From NCBI GenBank assembly GCA_040882345.1, contig JBBEBL010000273.1, forward strand, positions 1 through 47,242: 47,242 nucleotides of DNA, read 5' to 3'. Below the pieces are notes generated by a model, which was not told where the DNA came from, did no database searches, and was given only the letters and a program-made list of their open reading frames with translations. Source of the stretch: Chloroflexota bacterium. Lineage in GTDB: Bacteria > Chloroflexota > Limnocylindria > Limnocylindrales > CSP1-4. The position numbers were made by a program, and so were the translations under genes. Position 1 is the stretch's first letter. Every line of letters starts with the position of its first letter. Positions 35,806 to 44,862 of the stretch are shown here, in pieces.

Positions 35806-36849
35806 ATGAGGCGGGTGGAAGGATCCAGGATCGCGCGGGACGTCCTGCTCGGGACGGTCCTGTTCTGCGCCACGCTGCTGGTCCTGGTCGGCCTCACGGG
35901 TGTGCTGGTCCAGGATGCCGGCCGCGGCCCGACGGCTTCGGCGCTCGCCGCCTCAGGCGCCCCCTCAGGCGCCGCCACAGGCACCGACGCTCCCATCGCC
36001 ACGGACCGGCCTTCGACTGCCGCACCATCTCCGGCCGCGTCCGGCCTGGCCGCGGATCCGGTCTTCGTGGGCGCGGGTGACATCGGCGACTGCGGGTCGG
36101 CCGGCGACGAGGCCACGGCCCAGCTGCTGGACGGTATCGCCGGCACCGTCTTCACGGCCGGCGACAACGTCTACCCGGGCGGCACGGCCGAGGCCTACCG
36201 CGACTGCTTCGACCCATCGTGGGGGCGCCATCGCGACCGGATCCGGCCCGCTCCAGGCAACCACGACTGGGCTCCGGGCGACCTGGACGCGTACTTCGCG
36301 TACTTCGGGGACGCGGCGGCCGGCCCGGCCGGCGACCCGTGGTACGCGTACCGGCTGGGCACGTGGCAGGTCATCGTCCTGGACTCGGACTGCGAGCGGG
36401 CCGGCGGCTGCGGGCCCGACTCCTCGCAGGGCCGCTGGCTGGCGGAGACCCTGGCGGGAGCCGATGCCCGATGCATGCTCGCCGTCACTCACCACCCCCG
36501 GTTCAGTTCCGGCCAGCACGGCGACATCGTCGAGGTCGGCCCGCTCTGGGACGCGCTCTACGCGGCCGGTGTCGATGTGGTCGTGAGCGGCCATGATCAC
36601 GACTACGAGCGCTTCGCGCCGCAGGACCCGTCCGGTCGCGAGGATCGCCAGCGCGGCCTGCGCCAGTTCGTCGTGGGCACCGGCGGCACGGCCCTGCGAG
36701 GCTTCCCGCGGGTCGCGCCCAACAGCGAGCTACGGGCGGCCGTCGCGCACGGCGTGCTCGCGTTCACGCTGCGACGCGAGGCGTTCGACTGGCAGTTCCA
36801 CGCCGCGGGGTCCGACTTCGGCGATCGCGGGACGGCCCACTGCCACTGA
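35806..36849 (+). CDS. Membrane-anchored/secreted calcineurin-like metallophosphoesterase
   Basis: ORF 35806..36849. An N-terminal TM segment is followed by an Ala/Pro/Ser linker. Metallophosphoesterase motifs are GAGDIGD, AGDNVY, GNHDW, THHP and GHDHDYER. Confidence 0.75.
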   Translation: MRRVEGSRIARDVLLGTVLFCATLLVLVGLTGVLVQDAGRGPTASALAASGAPSGAATGTDAPIATDRPSTAAPSPAASGLAADPVFVGAGDIGDCGSAGDEATAQLLDGIAGTVFTAGDNVYPGGTAEAYRDCFDPSWGRHRDRIRPAPGNHDWAPGDLDAYFAYFGDAAAGPAGDPWYAYRLGTWQVIVLDSDCERAGGCGPDSSQGRWLAETLAGADARCMLAVTHHPRFSSGQHGDIVEVGPLWDALYAAGVDVVVSGHDHDYERFAPQDPSGREDRQRGLRQFVVGTGGTALRGFPRVAPNSELRAAVAHGVLAFTLRREAFDWQFHAAGSDFGDRGTAHCH

Positions 36850-36884
36850 CCGCGCGCGGGTAGAGTCCTCGCGGAGGAGGGCCC

Positions 36885-37787
36885 ATGAGCGCGACGATCG
36901 AGGATGTCCTGGCGGCGATCCCCGGCTGGGCAGGCCGTTCCATCCGGCACGAGCGGATCGAGGCCGGTCTGACCAACGAGAACTACCGGGTAGAAGTGGA
37001 CGGCGAGCCCGCCTTCGTCCGGATCCCCGGTCCCGCCACGAACCTGCTGGCCGTGGACCGCGGCAATGAGCTGCACAACACGCGGGCGGCGGCGGAGGCG
37101 GGGGTCGGGCCCCGCGTCCTGCACCACCTGCCGGCCTGGGATGCGCTCGTGTTGGAGTGGATCCCCGCCCGCACGATGTCCGTGGAGGCCTTTGGCGCGC
37201 CCGGCGCCCCGACCCGTGTCGCGGACGTCCTGCGGCGCCTGCACGCCGGTCCGCGGTTTCGCGACGACTTCGACATGTTCCGGCTCGCGGAGCGCTATCT
37301 CCGGGTCGTGGACGAGCGGAGCCTGGCGATCCCATCCGGCTATCGCGAGCGCATGGACCGCATCCCGGCCATCGAGGCGGCCCTCGCCGTCCATCCCCTT
37401 CCCGGCGTGCCCTGCCACAACGACCTGCTGGCGGAGAACTACCTCGACGACGGGGAGCGCCTGTGGATCGTGGACTACGAGTACAGCGGCAACAACGACC
37501 CGACGTTCGAGCTCGGCAACACGTGCCAGGAGCTGGGTTGGGACGACGTGCGGGTCCACGAGCTGTGCGCGGCCTACTTCGGCGAGGCGACCGACGCGCT
37601 GCTCGCCCGGATGCGTCTCCAGATGATCATGTCTGACGTGGGCTGGACGCTGTGGGCCGCCATCCAGGCCGGCATCTCGTCCATCGACTACGACTTCGCC
37701 GGCTGGGCGGAGGAGCGCTGGGCGCGTGCCCGGGCGGCCATGGACGGCCCCGCGTTCAGCCAGTGGCTGGCGGCGGTCCGGGCATGA
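36885..37787 (+). CDS. Choline/ethanolamine-kinase-family phosphotransferase, paralog 1
   Basis: ORF 36885..37787. GLTNENYRV, the Brenner motif PCHNDLLAENYL, and the ChoK motif IVDYEYSGNNDPTFELGN are present. Confidence 0.8.
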   Translation: MSATIEDVLAAIPGWAGRSIRHERIEAGLTNENYRVEVDGEPAFVRIPGPATNLLAVDRGNELHNTRAAAEAGVGPRVLHHLPAWDALVLEWIPARTMSVEAFGAPGAPTRVADVLRRLHAGPRFRDDFDMFRLAERYLRVVDERSLAIPSGYRERMDRIPAIEAALAVHPLPGVPCHNDLLAENYLDDGERLWIVDYEYSGNNDPTFELGNTCQELGWDDVRVHELCAAYFGEATDALLARMRLQMIMSDVGWTLWAAIQAGISSIDYDFAGWAEERWARARAAMDGPAFSQWLAAVRA

Positions 37788-37789
37788 TG

Positions 37790-37818
37790 CGGCCCGGGCG
37801 GCGAGGCCGCCCGGGCCG
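37790..37818. terminator. Bidirectional GC hairpin between convergent genes
   Basis: CGGCCCGGGCGGC-gag-GCCGCCCGGGCCG, a perfect 13-bp stem. It begins 3 nt after the kinase stop and ends 28 nt before the permease stop. Confidence 0.6.
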
Positions 37819-37845
37819 ATCGGTTCCGTCAGGGAGCGCGGAGGG

Positions 37846-39495
37846 TCACTCCGGCGGGATCTCCTTGAACGCGTAGTCCACGTTGATGCCGGCGGAGCGC
37901 CGGACGGCCTTCGTGGCGAAGTACCAGACGCCGGACACGACGAGAACGCCGACCACGACGAGGTAGGCGAGATCGCTGGTCAATCCCAGTTCCGCGTTCG
38001 TGGCGAACAGGAACAGGAAGATGCAGCCGGTGACGAACCCGAGCAGACCCACGACGGTGACGGCCGGGAAGCCGGCGATCGTGTACCTGGAGCCCGGGGA
38101 CGCCTCGTAGAGCGCCTTGGCGCGGAACGGCAGCAGCGCCCCGGACAGGGCGGTGGCCACGAACACGTAGCCGCAGGCGAACGTCACGCCCAGGGTCAAC
38201 GAACCCCAGGTCGTGGCCTCGTCGCCATCGCCCCACACGAAGTTGTTGTACAGGATGATCACCGGGATGCTCGCCAGGAAGTACGCAAGGTGCGCATTGA
38301 CGGGCGTATGGAACCGCTCGCTGACACGGCTGACCCACTCCGGGAGCAACCGGTCCAGCGACATCGCGACCATGACCCGGGTCATGCCGATGTAGCAGTT
38401 ATGGACGATCTGGTGGCCGTTCATGATGAAGCCGAAGCTGATCAGCAGGACCACGATCGGGCTGGCCGCCACGGCGATGGCGATGATGTTCGGCCACAGG
38501 TAGACGCCGTTGAACGTGGACTCGGCGACGCCGGACCAGTAGCCAGCACCGGCGACGTACAGGAACTCCGTGCCGATCGCTCGCTCCAGGACGAAGGCGA
38601 GCAGGGCCAGGAGCAGGCCGGTCACGACGAGCGCGCCGACGATGATGAACGCCTGGCTCTGGAAGGACCGGGCGTCCTTGATCTCGCCGTTCTGCTGGGT
38701 GGAGTAGGTCGCCCACTGGAGCGACGTCCAGGCGATGGGCGCGATGAGCAGCGTCGCCAGCAGGCTGAACGGCGGGTTCGTGTCCACGCCGGCCGCGATG
38801 GTCGCCGCGATCGCATCCTCGTAGAACGACGGCGAGCCGCCGAGCGAGCTCGAGAAGGCGTTGAGCGATCCGGCGATGCTGGCGGTCGTCGCGCCCGCCA
38901 GGACCACGAGCATCGTCCCGAACGCGACGAGGATCGCGATCCACATGACACGCTGGAGCCGAACATAGTTCTTGAAGCCGCTGGTCAGGATGACCATCGC
39001 CACGAACGCGTTGATGATGCTGACGATGACGATGCCGTCCCCGGCGAACCAGACCGCCCAGTCCAGGAACATCTGGTTGCCGAGCGTCGCCCCTAGCCCC
39101 AGGAAGAGGCCGGCGAAGCCGAGATAGCTGAGCAGCCACCCGGACAGCGCGACCCACTGGAGGATCCAGATGACGAACCCGGACATGACCAGCGTGAACG
39201 CGATGCCGCCGCCCAGCACGCGGCTCTGGAACACGTAGTCGCCGCCGGATCTCGGCAGCGCCGTGGAGAGCCAGACGTAGGCGAGGGCGATGGGGATCTC
39301 CAGGACCATCGCCAGCAGGATCCCCCAGACCAGCTGGCCGCCGGGCAGGGCTCCCGGTGCCCAGAGATAGGTCCACGGGAAGATGAGACCCATGGTCAGG
39401 ATGTTGTAGACGAACGCGGAACGCGAGGACATGACGCGGACGAGGCCGGAGGACTTCCTGACGAAGACTTCCGGCGTGGCCGTGGCTGTCGCCAT
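37846..39495 (-). CDS. APC-superfamily amino acid/amine permease
   Basis: From ORF 37846..39504. I prefer the ATG at 39495 (GAGG 8 nt upstream) to the GTG at 39504. It has about 12 or more TM segments. VRKSSGLVRVMSSRSAFVYNI... and LPRSGGDYVF are typical of APC permeases. Confidence 0.8.
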   Translation of the reverse strand: MATATATPEVFVRKSSGLVRVMSSRSAFVYNILTMGLIFPWTYLWAPGALPGGQLVWGILLAMVLEIPIALAYVWLSTALPRSGGDYVFQSRVLGGGIAFTLVMSGFVIWILQWVALSGWLLSYLGFAGLFLGLGATLGNQMFLDWAVWFAGDGIVIVSIINAFVAMVILTSGFKNYVRLQRVMWIAILVAFGTMLVVLAGATTASIAGSLNAFSSSLGGSPSFYEDAIAATIAAGVDTNPPFSLLATLLIAPIAWTSLQWATYSTQQNGEIKDARSFQSQAFIIVGALVVTGLLLALLAFVLERAIGTEFLYVAGAGYWSGVAESTFNGVYLWPNIIAIAVAASPIVVLLISFGFIMNGHQIVHNCYIGMTRVMVAMSLDRLLPEWVSRVSERFHTPVNAHLAYFLASIPVIILYNNFVWGDGDEATTWGSLTLGVTFACGYVFVATALSGALLPFRAKALYEASPGSRYTIAGFPAVTVVGLLGFVTGCIFLFLFATNAELGLTSDLAYLVVVGVLVVSGVWYFATKAVRRSAGINVDYAFKEIPPE

Positions 39496-39591
39496 CCGAT
39501 GCACCTCAGTACGGGATTCCGATAGCGTCAGGACCGCTGGGAACTGCCGACCGTCACCTCCTCCTGCCTCCCTCTCCCTCCAGCCGGCCCC

Positions 39592-40587
39592 TCAGCCGGC
39601 CGTCATCTGGTAGCTCTTCACTTCGCCATCGGCGATGGTGATCAGGCAGCCCCGGAGGACCCCCTCGCCGTACTCGCTGCCGGGGTTGACGCACAGTGTC
39701 CGTCCCAGCTTCGCGGCCGCCTGCGATTCATGGATGTGTCCGTGCAGGCCCAGCATCGGCTGGAACCGCTCGACGGCGTCACGGACGGCCGCGCTCCCGG
39801 CCCCGTACAGGACGGGCTGGCCACCGGTCACGAGCTGCGCCGGCGGGTCCGTCGTCCAGTCGAGCTTGGGGCAGGTGTCCAGCGTGGACTCGATGGGCGG
39901 GGCGTGGAAGTTGAAGATCACCTTGCGATGGTCCGGCAGAGCGGACGCCATCGCATCGATCCGCGACGCGAGCTCCGGCTCCGGGGCCTCGCGCGGCGTG
40001 TTCCACGGCGTGGGATTGACGTACGGCATGCTGATCATCACGTGGGCGTCGTCCAGGGGCACGGCCTTGCCCTCGCAGGCCACGAAGGCCTTGGCGTCCG
40101 GCCGGTCCATGGCCGCCATGACCTCGTCCACGTCGTCATTGCCGCCGGTCGCGAAGCAGCGGATACCCGTCCCCGCGAGCTTCGATTCGGCGAGGTCCAT
40201 CCAGCGCAGGAGGCGCTCCGTGGCGAGGTCCACGAACAGGCGCTCGATGGCGGCCGGATCCGTCCGCATCGCCTCGTACTCGTCCAGGTCCATGACCGTC
40301 GAGTAGAAGCCCAGGAAGCCGATCCGCTCGCGCGCGGCCTCGACCTCCGTGGCGGTCTCCAGCCGCTCGACGCGGCCGTGGATCGTGGCCCGGTGGGCGC
40401 CGCCGGCCTCGCGGATGATCGGGATCGTCAGCTTGCCCATGACGTCGCCGCCCATGACCAGGACATCTGCCTGGTAGAACGCCCCGGCGTTGAGGAACTT
40501 GCGCCACGTCCGCTCGGAGCCGTGCACGTCCGTCGCGTAGAAGATCCGGGTCCCCTTGGATGTCCTCGGCCGGCCCAGGAAGCGCAT
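39592..40587 (-). CDS. Cytoplasmic metallophosphoesterase-family protein
   Basis: ORF 39592..40587. YATDVHGSE, VMGGDVMGK, TGGNDD, NFHAPP and LHGHIHES are present. It starts 12 nt after the upstream stop, and that gap contains a GAGGG SD. Confidence 0.7.
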   Translation of the reverse strand: MRFLGRPRTSKGTRIFYATDVHGSERTWRKFLNAGAFYQADVLVMGGDVMGKLTIPIIREAGGAHRATIHGRVERLETATEVEAARERIGFLGFYSTVMDLDEYEAMRTDPAAIERLFVDLATERLLRWMDLAESKLAGTGIRCFATGGNDDVDEVMAAMDRPDAKAFVACEGKAVPLDDAHVMISMPYVNPTPWNTPREAPEPELASRIDAMASALPDHRKVIFNFHAPPIESTLDTCPKLDWTTDPPAQLVTGGQPVLYGAGSAAVRDAVERFQPMLGLHGHIHESQAAAKLGRTLCVNPGSEYGEGVLRGCLITIADGEVKSYQMTAG

Positions 40588-40599
40588 GTCGCCGCGCCC

Positions 40600-43038
40600 T
40601 CAGCCGCGCATCCGCGCGCCGTCCGGGTCCACCAGGACGTCCGGGGCGAGGACCGCCGGGATGTGCGCGTCGAAGGCATCCACCGTGAGTCGCGTTCCCT
40701 CCTCCAGGTCGGCCGTACGATACACATACCCGATGGTCCGCGACAGGGTCGGCGCGTACGCCACGCTGCGCAGCCGACCGATGACCGCGCCGTCCAGCCG
40801 CACCGCCTCGCCACCGTAGATCGGGAGGTAGCGGGCGTCGTCCCCGATGACGACCGTCGACAGCCGCCGCGCGGGTGGCGTGGCGGGTGCCACGGCGCGG
40901 GCCGCCAACGCGTCCCGCCCCACGAAATCGCCCTTGCCCAGACGCACGAACGCCCCGAGGCCCGCCTCGTCCGGCGTGTCCAGCATGGTCATGTCCGTCC
41001 CGAAGTAGCGGTAGCCCTTCTCCATCCGCAGCCCGTCCAGCGCCCGGTAGCCGATGACCCCCAGGCCGTGGGTCCCCCCGGCCGCGATGAGGGCATCCCA
41101 GACCCCGACGGCTAGCTCCCGCTCCATCGTGAGTTCCCAGCCGAGTTCACCGGCGTAGCTGATCCGTGACGTGAGGACCGCCGCTCCGGCCACGACGATC
41201 GGCGCGGCGCGGCGGTTGGGGATGCCCACATCGGACACGTCGTCGGGCGACGCCGCCGCCAGGATGTCGCGCGCGGCAGGTCCCCACAGCCCCACCGTCG
41301 CGAACTCATCGCTGACGTCACGCAGCGCCGTGTCGCCGTCGCCGGCGCGCGCGTGCCAGCGCAGCCATGCGAGGTCGGACGCGACGAACCCGGCGCCGGT
41401 GACCACGCGAAACCGGTCATCGGCGAGGCGCGTCACGGTCACATCGGCGACCATCCCGCCTCGTTCATCGCACCACGGCGTGTACAGCACGCTGCCGACC
41501 GGGCGGTCGATGTCGTTGGCGGACACCCGCTGCAGGAGGGCCAGGGCGCCACGGCCGTGCACGTCGATCTTGCCGAACGAGCTGAGGTCGATGATCCCCG
41601 CCCGCTCACGGACGGCCCGTCCCTCCGCTACCACCCGGTCGTGCCACGGCGGTGTCGTCCAACCGTACGACGCCTGGTCCCGACCGGACCGCCGCCACGA
41701 TCGGTCCGGCTCCAGGTGCTCCGCGCGCTCCCAGCCGGCCTTGGTCCCGAACACGGCGCCGGCCTCCTGGAGCCGACCGTGGAGGGCGGACAGCCGGCGC
41801 GGCCGGCCGGCGATGTCGGCGTCGTGCGGATAGCGCAGCCGGTAGTAGTCGCTGTACGTCTCGCGGGCCAGGCCCGCGGCGAAGACCGGGTCGCGGTACG
41901 TGTCCGCGAATCGCCACGCCCGGTACGGGCCGATGTCCACGCCGGGATCGCCGGTCGTGATCCAGCCCGCCATCGCCTGCCCGATCCCGCCACCCCCGCC
42001 GAAGCCGTTGAGGGACAGCCCCGCCGCGGTCCACATGCCGCGCACCCCGGGCAGCGGACCCAGCAGCGGGTTCGCATCCGGCGTCATCGCATCCGGGTGG
42101 CAGACCAGGCGCACCACTTCGGCGTCGGCAAGGAACGGGAAGCGCCGCACGGCCCCCGCCATGAGCGGGGCGAACCGCTCGAAGTCCGGCGCGAGGGACC
42201 GCGCCGCATGATCCCACGGCACGCCGTCCTCCCAGCGCGACACCGGATCCAGCTCGTACCCGCCGAAGACCATGCCACCGTTCTCACTCTTGCCGTAGAC
42301 GAGGTTGTCCGGGTCTCGGAAGCAGGGCATGTCGCGCGGGAGCTCGTGGCCCGGGACGGGTTTCAGGGCGATGTGCTGGTGGTCCACCGGCGTGGACGGG
42401 ATGAAGCCGCCGACCATCGCCGCGACCTGCGGCGCCCACATGCCCGCGGCGTTGACGACGATCTCCGTGTCGATCGGCCCGCCGTCGGTCAGGACGCGCT
42501 GGATGTCGCGCGACGGGGAGAGCTGGAACCCGGTGACCCGGACACCCTGGCGGATGCGGACGCCCAGGGCCCTGGCCGCGTCGGCGACGGCGTGGGTCGC
42601 CCCGTGCGGGTCGAGGTGACCGTCGCCCGCGAGGTGGACCGCCCCGTACAGCTCGTCCGGGGCGATGGACGGCATGAGCGCGCGCGCCTCATCAGCGCCG
42701 ATCACCTCCGCGTCCAGCCCGATGCCCCGGGCGCGGCTCGCGGTCCGCTGCAGCTCGCCGAGTTGGGCCCGCGACGACGCCAGGCGGAGGCTGCCCACCC
42801 GCTGGAACACCCCGAGGCGCTCGTACAGCTGGATGCTGTAGCGGCGGAAGGCCATCATCGTGGACGACGGATTGAGCGCCGTGACGAGGCCCGCCGCCTG
42901 GCACGTCGAGCCGGCCGTGAGCGTGTGCTTCTCCACCAGCAGCACGTCCGTCCAGCCGGACAGCGCGAGGTGATACGCCACGCTGCAGCCGGTGATGCCG
43001 CCGCCGACGACCACGACCCGGGCCTGGTCCACGCTCAT
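40600..43038 (-). CDS. FAD-dependent oxidoreductase fused to GcvT-type folate-binding domain (DMGDH/SarDH family), paralog 2
   Basis: ORF 40600..43038, 812 aa. VVVVGGGITGCSVAYHL is the Rossmann motif. The covalent-His position reads STCQAAG. The C-terminal half is GcvT-like (LRMEKGY, YGGEAV). TACCGT lies 8 nt upstream of the ATG and there is no SD. Confidence 0.85.
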   Translation of the reverse strand: MSVDQARVVVVGGGITGCSVAYHLALSGWTDVLLVEKHTLTAGSTCQAAGLVTALNPSSTMMAFRRYSIQLYERLGVFQRVGSLRLASSRAQLGELQRTASRARGIGLDAEVIGADEARALMPSIAPDELYGAVHLAGDGHLDPHGATHAVADAARALGVRIRQGVRVTGFQLSPSRDIQRVLTDGGPIDTEIVVNAAGMWAPQVAAMVGGFIPSTPVDHQHIALKPVPGHELPRDMPCFRDPDNLVYGKSENGGMVFGGYELDPVSRWEDGVPWDHAARSLAPDFERFAPLMAGAVRRFPFLADAEVVRLVCHPDAMTPDANPLLGPLPGVRGMWTAAGLSLNGFGGGGGIGQAMAGWITTGDPGVDIGPYRAWRFADTYRDPVFAAGLARETYSDYYRLRYPHDADIAGRPRRLSALHGRLQEAGAVFGTKAGWERAEHLEPDRSWRRSGRDQASYGWTTPPWHDRVVAEGRAVRERAGIIDLSSFGKIDVHGRGALALLQRVSANDIDRPVGSVLYTPWCDERGGMVADVTVTRLADDRFRVVTGAGFVASDLAWLRWHARAGDGDTALRDVSDEFATVGLWGPAARDILAAASPDDVSDVGIPNRRAAPIVVAGAAVLTSRISYAGELGWELTMERELAVGVWDALIAAGGTHGLGVIGYRALDGLRMEKGYRYFGTDMTMLDTPDEAGLGAFVRLGKGDFVGRDALAARAVAPATPPARRLSTVVIGDDARYLPIYGGEAVRLDGAVIGRLRSVAYAPTLSRTIGYVYRTADLEEGTRLTVDAFDAHIPAVLAPDVLVDPDGARMRG

Positions 43039-43117
43039 GGGCGTGAACGGTACGGCGCCGCGTCGCGTCGCGTGCGGCCGTTGCGCAGCGGCCGATCCGC
43101 TCCGCTACGATCGCGCC

Positions 43118-43903
43118 GTGACCGACCCCAGAGACCAGACGGCGTACATCACCGACCGCGCGGTCCTGGAGGCCGAGGTCCATGCCATCGTCGACGCGGC
43201 CGACGCGGCCGGCCTGACCGTCCGCGTCCTGGGATCCATCGGCGTGGCGCTGCACAGCCACGATGCGGCGTCGATCATCCCGAGCTTCGAGCGCACGTAT
43301 GCGGACATCGACTTCGCGGCCTACCGCCGCGACGCGCCCGCGCTCGCGCGGCTGCTGGCCGGCATGGGCTACGAGGACGACCGGGCCGTGTACATCGCCT
43401 CCGAGGGTGGGCGATCCATCTTCGACCACCCCGGCCGGCGGCTCCATCTCGACGTCTTCTACGACCGCCTGGATTTCTGCCATGTCATCCCGCTGGCGGG
43501 TCGGCTGGCCGTGGACCGGCCGACGATCCCCATCGCCGAACTGCTCCTCTCCAAGCTGCAGATCGTGCGGATCAACGAGAAGGACATCGTGGACATCGTC
43601 CTGCTCCTCCTTGACCACCCGCTGGGCAGCGGCGATTCCGACACGGTGGATCTCGCCCGCATCGGACGGCTGTGCGCGGACGACTGGGGCCTGTGGCGGA
43701 CGCTTACCCAGAACCTGGACAAGGTGCGAGCGCTGGCCGCCGCCTACCCGCAGCTGGACGCGGGCCAGCGGGCGCGCGTGGACGCGGCGGCCACGGCGCT
43801 CAAGGCCAGGATCGACGCCGAGCCCAAGTCGATGGCGTGGCGGATGCGCGACCGCGTCGGCGACCGGCGCCAGTGGTGGACCGAGGTGGACGAGGTCCGC
43901 TGA
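43118..43903 (+). CDS. Hypothetical protein, possibly nucleotidyltransferase-fold (uncertain)
   Basis: ORF 42992..43903 trimmed to the GTG at 43118 (TACGAT 6 nt upstream, no SD). VLGSIGVALHS...YADIDFAAY loosely fits a Pol-beta-type NTase G-S...D-x-D pattern. The start is uncertain. Confidence 0.45.
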   Translation: MTDPRDQTAYITDRAVLEAEVHAIVDAADAAGLTVRVLGSIGVALHSHDAASIIPSFERTYADIDFAAYRRDAPALARLLAGMGYEDDRAVYIASEGGRSIFDHPGRRLHLDVFYDRLDFCHVIPLAGRLAVDRPTIPIAELLLSKLQIVRINEKDIVDIVLLLLDHPLGSGDSDTVDLARIGRLCADDWGLWRTLTQNLDKVRALAAAYPQLDAGQRARVDAAATALKARIDAEPKSMAWRMRDRVGDRRQWWTEVDEVR

Positions 43904-43923
43904 CGCGGCAGCAAGGCGACCGG

Positions 43924-44862
43924 TCAGTCGCCGGCGGCCTCCCGGAGGGCACGCTCGAACGACGGTCCCGAGGCGTTGGCCAGCAGGCGGTCGAAGTGCT
44001 CCGCCGTGTAGGCGACGAAGTCCACGTCAATGGTGCTGATGCCCTGCTGGAGGACGCCCCACATCGCCTCGCGGAAGTCGGACACGATGCGCATCAGGGT
44101 CAGGCGCGCAAGCCGGGGCCGCGCGGCGTGGCCACCGTACGTCGCGACGAGTCGCGCGTCGTCATCGGGGCTCAGGTCGTGATTGACGCTGAAGTTGCCG
44201 AGGTCGAAGTAGGGGTCGCCCATCCCGGCGTACTCCCAGTCCACGATGCGGATACGCGTTCCGTCGTCGATGAAGTTGGCGCTGAGCAGATCGTTGTGGC
44301 ACGGCCGCAGCTCCACGGGGTCGGCGAGGCAGGCAAGCTCTATGCGACGCCCCACGGCCGACGCCAGCTCGTACTCGCGGGGGATGCGGACGCCGCGAGC
44401 CTGGGCCAGCGCCCGGTAGGCCTCCACGATCCGCAGCGGAACGAACAGGCCGGGGATGGGCGGTCCATCGTGGATGCGACGCAGCGACTGCGCGACACGC
44501 TCCAGGGTCGCCGGGTTGCGCACGGACGCCGCGCTGACCGGCGCGCCCTCGATGAAGCGGGTCAGCAGGTACCCCTCCGGGCGGATGAAGGCGGTGACCT
44601 CCGGCCCGACGCCGACGCCGGCGGCCGCGACGGTCGCGGCGTGCTCCACCTCGCGACTGATGCCCAGCAGATGCGTATCGTTCCCGGCGAGCCGGAGCAC
44701 GTACCGCTCCGTGCGGCCGTCGACGCTGACCAGGAAGTTGCGGTTGGTGATCCCGCCGGACAGCGGCGTCAGGGAGAGGTCGGCATCGGCGAGCTCCGGC
44801 ACGCGACGCATCGTTCGGACGAGGTCATCGTGCAGCTCACCGTGCGGCGCGTCCGTGGTCAC
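43924..44862 (-). CDS. Choline/ethanolamine-kinase-family phosphotransferase, paralog 2
   Basis: ORF 43924..44862, GTG start forming a GTGA overlap with the aldolase-like stop. GGITNRNFLV, PCHNDLLSANFI and IVDWEYAGMGDPYFDLGN are present. Confidence 0.8.
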   Translation of the reverse strand: MTTDAPHGELHDDLVRTMRRVPELADADLSLTPLSGGITNRNFLVSVDGRTERYVLRLAGNDTHLLGISREVEHAATVAAAGVGVGPEVTAFIRPEGYLLTRFIEGAPVSAASVRNPATLERVAQSLRRIHDGPPIPGLFVPLRIVEAYRALAQARGVRIPREYELASAVGRRIELACLADPVELRPCHNDLLSANFIDDGTRIRIVDWEYAGMGDPYFDLGNFSVNHDLSPDDDARLVATYGGHAARPRLARLTLMRIVSDFREAMWGVLQQGISTIDVDFVAYTAEHFDRLLANASGPSFERALREAAGD

